Shown here: positions 59,892 to 64,000 of the stretch, in pieces
Position numbering within the stretch: position 1 is the stretch's first letter
Layout: the number at the start of each line of letters is the position of its first letter
The notes under the pieces: model-generated
Seen by the model: only the letters and a program-made list of their open reading frames with translations
What the model was told of the DNA's origin: nothing
Databases searched by the model: none
From: an uncultured Nitrososphaerota archaeon
Lineage (GTDB): Archaea > Thermoproteota > Nitrososphaeria > Conexivisphaerales > DTJL01
Assembly (NCBI GenBank): GCA_963842885.1
Contig: CAWJIE010000005.1
Coordinates: 320,001-384,000, forward strand
Length of the DNA: 64,000 nt
Direction of reading: 5' to 3'
Made by a program: the position numbers and the translations under genes

Positions 59892-60665
59892 TTGAAGCCG
59901 AGTGAAGGCTCCGGCAGCTCCGAACTGAAGCTCATGGGGCTTCGGGGGATAGGGGAGGTGTCTCCGGGCGACGACGTCGGCAGGCTAATCTACGATTCGC
60001 AGAGGATGTCGCGCATACCTTTCGCTGACGGTGACATCTACGTCGTGGCCCAGAAGGTCGTGTCGAAGGCCGAGGGCAGGTACGTCCGGCTGGACGACGT
60101 GAAACCCTCTCCGTTTGCGGAGAGCCTTGGAGGCTTCCTGAAGAAGGACCCCAAGGAGGTTGAAGTCGTCTTGCGGGAGAGCCGGAGCATAGTGAGGGCG
60201 CGGCTGGGCATACTCATCACGGAGAACAAGCAGGGGATTATCTGCGCCAACGCCGGCGTGGATAGGTCCAACGTCAGCGAAGAGGGAAGCCTCCTTCTCC
60301 TTCCCGAAAGCCCAGACCGCTCGGCGGCGAATATCCGGAAGAGCATAGAGTCGCTTTCTGGGAAGAGGGTGGCTGTGGTGGTTTCGGATACCTATGGCAG
60401 GCCATGGAGGGAAGGACAGGTGGACTTCGCCATCGGCGTCGCAGGCATCACATGCTTCAGGGACTACAGGGGGAGGCCCGACATGTACGGAAGGACATTG
60501 AAAGTCACCAGCATGGCCCAGGTGGACGAATTGGCGGCTGCCGCCGAGCTCGTGATGGGCAAGAGCAGGGGAATACCTGCCGTGGTCGTCAAGGGCTACC
60601 TCTACGAAGGAGGAGAAGGCTCGAAGCCTCTCCAGCGCAAGATCGCACGCGACCTGTTCAGGTAG
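59892..60665 (+). CDS. cofE: Coenzyme F420-0:L-glutamate ligase
   Basis: QKVVSKAEG, ANAGVDRSN, DTYGRPWREG, DELAAAAELVMG, DLFR. Confidence 0.92.
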   Translation: MKPSEGSGSSELKLMGLRGIGEVSPGDDVGRLIYDSQRMSRIPFADGDIYVVAQKVVSKAEGRYVRLDDVKPSPFAESLGGFLKKDPKEVEVVLRESRSIVRARLGILITENKQGIICANAGVDRSNVSEEGSLLLLPESPDRSAANIRKSIESLSGKRVAVVVSDTYGRPWREGQVDFAIGVAGITCFRDYRGRPDMYGRTLKVTSMAQVDELAAAAELVMGKSRGIPAVVVKGYLYEGGEGSKPLQRKIARDLFR

Positions 60666-61593
60666 ACGTCTTCGCTTTCAGAACGGATTCGCCCAGGCGG
60701 ACCTTCGCTGCGACATCGGGCATCATGATGTCGTCCACTATGGCCTTGACGCCCGTAGAAGACACGTCACCCTTGAGCATCTGATCGGCTCTGTCGAGGA
60801 GGAGGCAGTCTATCAGGCCGTCGTAGAATTCGGCCACACCCACAGGCGAAGCGTCGTAGCCCAGGGACCGCATCATCTTGTCCGCCGGACCCTTGACGGC
60901 CCTCCCGGCGATTATCGGTGAGACGGCCACTTTGAACGCCGTGCTCCGCAGGACGGAGGTCCAGACCTTCCTCACGCTCAGGATAGGCTGGATGGAGGCG
61001 ACCGGGTTGCTGGGGGCGAAAACGATGATGTCGGCGTCCTCGATGGCCTCGATGACCCCAGGGGCCGGCTCAGCGAACCCGCTGCCGGAGTAAGCCACGC
61101 CGTCGATGGCGGGCATCTGGCCCTCTTTCACGAAGTACCTCTCGAACGTCATGGGGCCTGCGTCCGTGTAGAGCATGGTCGTCAGGCGGCTGTCCGTAAC
61201 GGGGATGATCCTGTGTCGTGCCCCCAAAGCTTCCGCGATCCTCCTCGTCACTTCGCTGAGCCTCGCTCCCTGCTTGAGGAGGTTCGTTCTGGCTATGTTC
61301 ACGGCGAGGTCCTTGTCACCGAGCAGCAGCCAGGGCCTCTCCCCCAGCAGCCTGAGGAAGCCGTCACAGCTGAACGTGTCACCCGCGACACCCCAGCCCT
61401 TCGCTTCGTCCACCAGCCCCACCAGCGCGTATGTCACGATGTCGATGTCAGGGGATACATGGAGGCCGAACACCTCTTCGTCGTCGCCCACATTGGAGAC
61501 GATCGTCAGCTTGCCGGGCGGGACCAGTCGGTCGAGCCCGACTGCCAGTTTGGATGCTCCTACCCCTCCGGCCAGAAGCACTACGTTCTCCAA
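60658..61593 (-). CDS. cofD: 2-phospho-L-lactate/EPPG:FO transferase
   Basis: LAGGVGASK, NVGDD...SPDID, LGDKD, PSNPVASI, KGPADKMM. Confidence 0.92.
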   Translation of the reverse strand: MENVVLLAGGVGASKLAVGLDRLVPPGKLTIVSNVGDDEEVFGLHVSPDIDIVTYALVGLVDEAKGWGVAGDTFSCDGFLRLLGERPWLLLGDKDLAVNIARTNLLKQGARLSEVTRRIAEALGARHRIIPVTDSRLTTMLYTDAGPMTFERYFVKEGQMPAIDGVAYSGSGFAEPAPGVIEAIEDADIIVFAPSNPVASIQPILSVRKVWTSVLRSTAFKVAVSPIIAGRAVKGPADKMMRSLGYDASPVGVAEFYDGLIDCLLLDRADQMLKGDVSSTGVKAIVDDIMMPDVAAKVRLGESVLKAKTST

Positions 61594-61599
61594 TTCAGC

Positions 61600-62214
61600 C
61601 TAGCTCCTCGGGAGGCCGTTGCGCAAGACCTCATCTCTAGCCTTGAGCTTCTTCCTCTTGGGCTTCTCGGCAGGATAGCCCAATTCGAGAAGGACCTGCG
61701 GCTCTAGATTGGCCGGGAGCCCGAACGCCCGTCGGATGGCGGGAGCGCAGAATATGGGCGTTCCCCTCCAGCAGCCTCCGAGGCCGTTGGCGTGGGCCGC
61801 GAGGAGCATATTCTCCGCAGCGGCGGCGACGCCCTGGGTGCCCATGAGCCACTCCCCTCGGCGGCGGGCCCGGGTGGGCTGGGTCTTTAACTCGGAGACG
61901 TCAAGACAAAGCAGCAACAGCAGAGGCACCGAGGCCGTGCGCAGATATGCCCTTTCTGCCTTCTCGAGGGCGGACCCGTCAGCCTGCGATTGGAGATGTC
62001 TGAAGTAGGCGCTCTTCATGGAGCCCGCGAGCTTCCGCCTCCCCTCGCCGGAGATCACGACGAAGACCCAGGGCTGGGTATTGTGTGGACTCGGTGCCCT
62101 CCTCCCGGCGTCAATCACGGAATCGAGGATTGTGGGAGGAATAGCCTTGGCTGAGAAGGCCCTTATGCTCCTGCGCGAGCCGATGACGTCCAGTGCCTCT
62201 CTTGCACCTCTCAT
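61600..62214 (-). CDS. Nitroreductase-family protein (FbiB C-terminal-like)
   Basis: RRSIRAF, APSPHNTQPW, AAAENMLLAAHANGLGGCW, LGYP. Confidence 0.8.
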   Translation of the reverse strand: MRGAREALDVIGSRRSIRAFSAKAIPPTILDSVIDAGRRAPSPHNTQPWVFVVISGEGRRKLAGSMKSAYFRHLQSQADGSALEKAERAYLRTASVPLLLLLCLDVSELKTQPTRARRRGEWLMGTQGVAAAAENMLLAAHANGLGGCWRGTPIFCAPAIRRAFGLPANLEPQVLLELGYPAEKPKRKKLKARDEVLRNGLPRS

Positions 62215-62310
62215 TCGTAAAGGAGTGAGACCTCCTCGTAATAAGCTTCGCCTTCGACGCATGCGAAGTCAACGAATTCTTAAATCGAGGAGGGGGGAAT
62301 CGTCCTTGGG

Positions 62311-64000
62311 ATGCCAAAGAAAGCCCTCCTCTATGCCAAGCTCGTCGAAGCGTACGACGCCATGGAGGAGACGACTAAGAGGCTGGAGCTCACCGACATC
62401 CTTGTCGGTCTCTACGAACAGACCAGCCCAGAGGACGTGGTCAAGGTGACGTACCTGAACCAGGGGAAGCTCTACCCCGACTACCTAGGCGTGGAGATGG
62501 GCCTGGGTGACAAGTTAGTGGTGCGGGCCATAGCCAGCGCCACCGGCCTTCCGGAATCTCAGATAGAAGAGCTCTACCGGGAGAAGGGGGACTTGGGTAC
62601 GGCCGCCGAGGAGGCGTCTGGCGGGCGCCTACAATCTACACTCTTCCAGGAGCCTCTCACCGTTTCTGACGTTTACTCCGAACTGGATTCCCTTGCGCAC
62701 CTCTCCGGCTCCGGTTCCCAGGAGGCCAAGCTCAGGTCGCTGGCCAGCCTCCTCAACCGGGCTTCGCCGAGGGAGGCGCGGTACCTGATCAGGACGACCC
62801 TGGGGCAGCTCCGTCTCGGTATTGCGGATTTCACGATACTGGACGCTCTGGCCCAAGCCTTCACGGGCGACAAGGGGAACCGGCCTGCCCTTGAGAGGGC
62901 CTACAACATATCATCGGACTTGGGGGCCGTGGCCAAGGCTGTGGCGGAGGGCGGCTTGAAGGCCCTATCCGAGTTCACCGTCGCCATGGGCAGGCCGATC
63001 CGCCCCATGCTGGCCGAGAGGCTCTCCTCGGCCCAGGAGATCATCGAGAAGCTGAGGGGGAAGTGCGCTGCCGAATTCAAGTATGACGGGGAAAGGATGC
63101 AGATTCACAAGCACGGCGGCGAGGTGACCCTTTTCTCCAGGAGGCTGGAGGTCATCACTCACCACTACCCGGACACGGTCAGGCTGGCCGCCGAGCACGT
63201 TAAGGCCAAGGAGGCGATACTGGAGTGCGAAGGTGTGGCGGTTGACGTGGATTCCGGCGAGCTCCTTCCGTTCCAGCAGCTCATGCACCGGCGGAGGAAG
63301 CATGGGGTGCAGGAGATGATGGAGAAGTTCCCAATCTCCCTCTTCTTCTTCGACGTGATGTACGCCAACGGGACCAGCTACCTCGACAGGCCTTATGAAG
63401 AAAGGAGGGAGGAGCTGGAGGGCCTCGTAGAGACATCGGAGAGGACTTCCTTGGCCCCCCGGATTGTGACGGACAGTCCCTCCAGGATAGAGTCGTTCAT
63501 GGAGGAGGCCATTCAGCAGGGGTGCGAAGGCCTGGTGGTGAAGGACTTGGAAAGCCCCTACAGGGCCGGCGCGAGGGCTTTTGCATGGATCAAGCTGAAG
63601 CGGGAGTACAGGAGCGAGCTCTCCGACACGCTGGATCTCGTGGTGGTGGGGGCCTTCCACGGTCACGGCAGAAGGGCCGGCACCTATGGGGCCTACCTGC
63701 TGGCCGCCTACGATAAGGAGGACGACACTTTCAAGACCGTGTGCAAGATAGGCACCGGATTCACCGACGTTAGCTTGGAAGAGATACCCAAACGGCTGGA
63801 GCCGCTTCTGCTACCCCATGTGCATCCCAGGGTGGTTTCTAAGATGGAGGCCGACGTCTGGTTCGTTCCGCAGCTGGTCTTCGAGGTCATCGCTTCAGAG
63901 ATCACCCTCTCACCCATTCACGTCGCAGCCATGGGGAAGATAAGGCCCGACGCTGGACTCGCCCTCAGGTTCCCCAAGTTCACCGGCAAGATTCGGGATG
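62311..64000 (+). CDS. lig: ATP-dependent DNA ligase (runs off window end)
   Basis: Translated directly: TKRLELT, RPMLAERL, EFKYDGERMQIH adenylation motif, EGLVVK, WIKLKREY, LRFPKF. Confidence 0.95.
   Translation, partial: MPKKALLYAKLVEAYDAMEETTKRLELTDILVGLYEQTSPEDVVKVTYLNQGKLYPDYLGVEMGLGDKLVVRAIASATGLPESQIEELYREKGDLGTAAEEASGGRLQSTLFQEPLTVSDVYSELDSLAHLSGSGSQEAKLRSLASLLNRASPREARYLIRTTLGQLRLGIADFTILDALAQAFTGDKGNRPALERAYNISSDLGAVAKAVAEGGLKALSEFTVAMGRPIRPMLAERLSSAQEIIEKLRGKCAAEFKYDGERMQIHKHGGEVTLFSRRLEVITHHYPDTVRLAAEHVKAKEAILECEGVAVDVDSGELLPFQQLMHRRRKHGVQEMMEKFPISLFFFDVMYANGTSYLDRPYEERREELEGLVETSERTSLAPRIVTDSPSRIESFMEEAIQQGCEGLVVKDLESPYRAGARAFAWIKLKREYRSELSDTLDLVVVGAFHGHGRRAGTYGAYLLAAYDKEDDTFKTVCKIGTGFTDVSLEEIPKRLEPLLLPHVHPRVVSKMEADVWFVPQLVFEVIASEITLSPIHVAAMGKIRPDAGLALRFPKFTGKIRD

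Overview
GC-rich archaeal chromosome segment. Marker genes (rps26e, Rpo12, crenarchaeal-type PolB1, F420 genes) suggest a TACK lineage, probably a non-ammonia-oxidising Nitrososphaerota relative; this is inference. Most of the window is housekeeping: argS, tyrS, thrS, proS, sdhACDB, HMG-CoA synthase/thiolase/DUF35, polB with two inteins, mrp with an intein, cofD/cofE and DNA ligase. Many genes carry single-base frameshifts that look like long-read assembly errors. Two accessory systems stand out. (1) Three diverged, transposase-less TnpB elements of about 1.3 kb are bounded by 22-25 bp terminal inverted repeats; two also have 8-9 bp target-site duplications. These are DDE-type ends rather than IS200/IS605 or IS607 ends. 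The right TIR doubles as the 3' end of a covarying omega-RNA scaffold. (2) An 11.2 kb integrated element (37364-48561) is flanked by a 15 bp direct repeat that duplicates the overlapping stop codons of two convergent genes. It encodes a tyrosine integrase, a serine resolvase, a Rep-like ATPase with a 4+4 inverted 9-bp iteron array, several regulators, small membrane proteins and a divergent TFB-like protein. All calls come from reading the sequence; no database searches were run.
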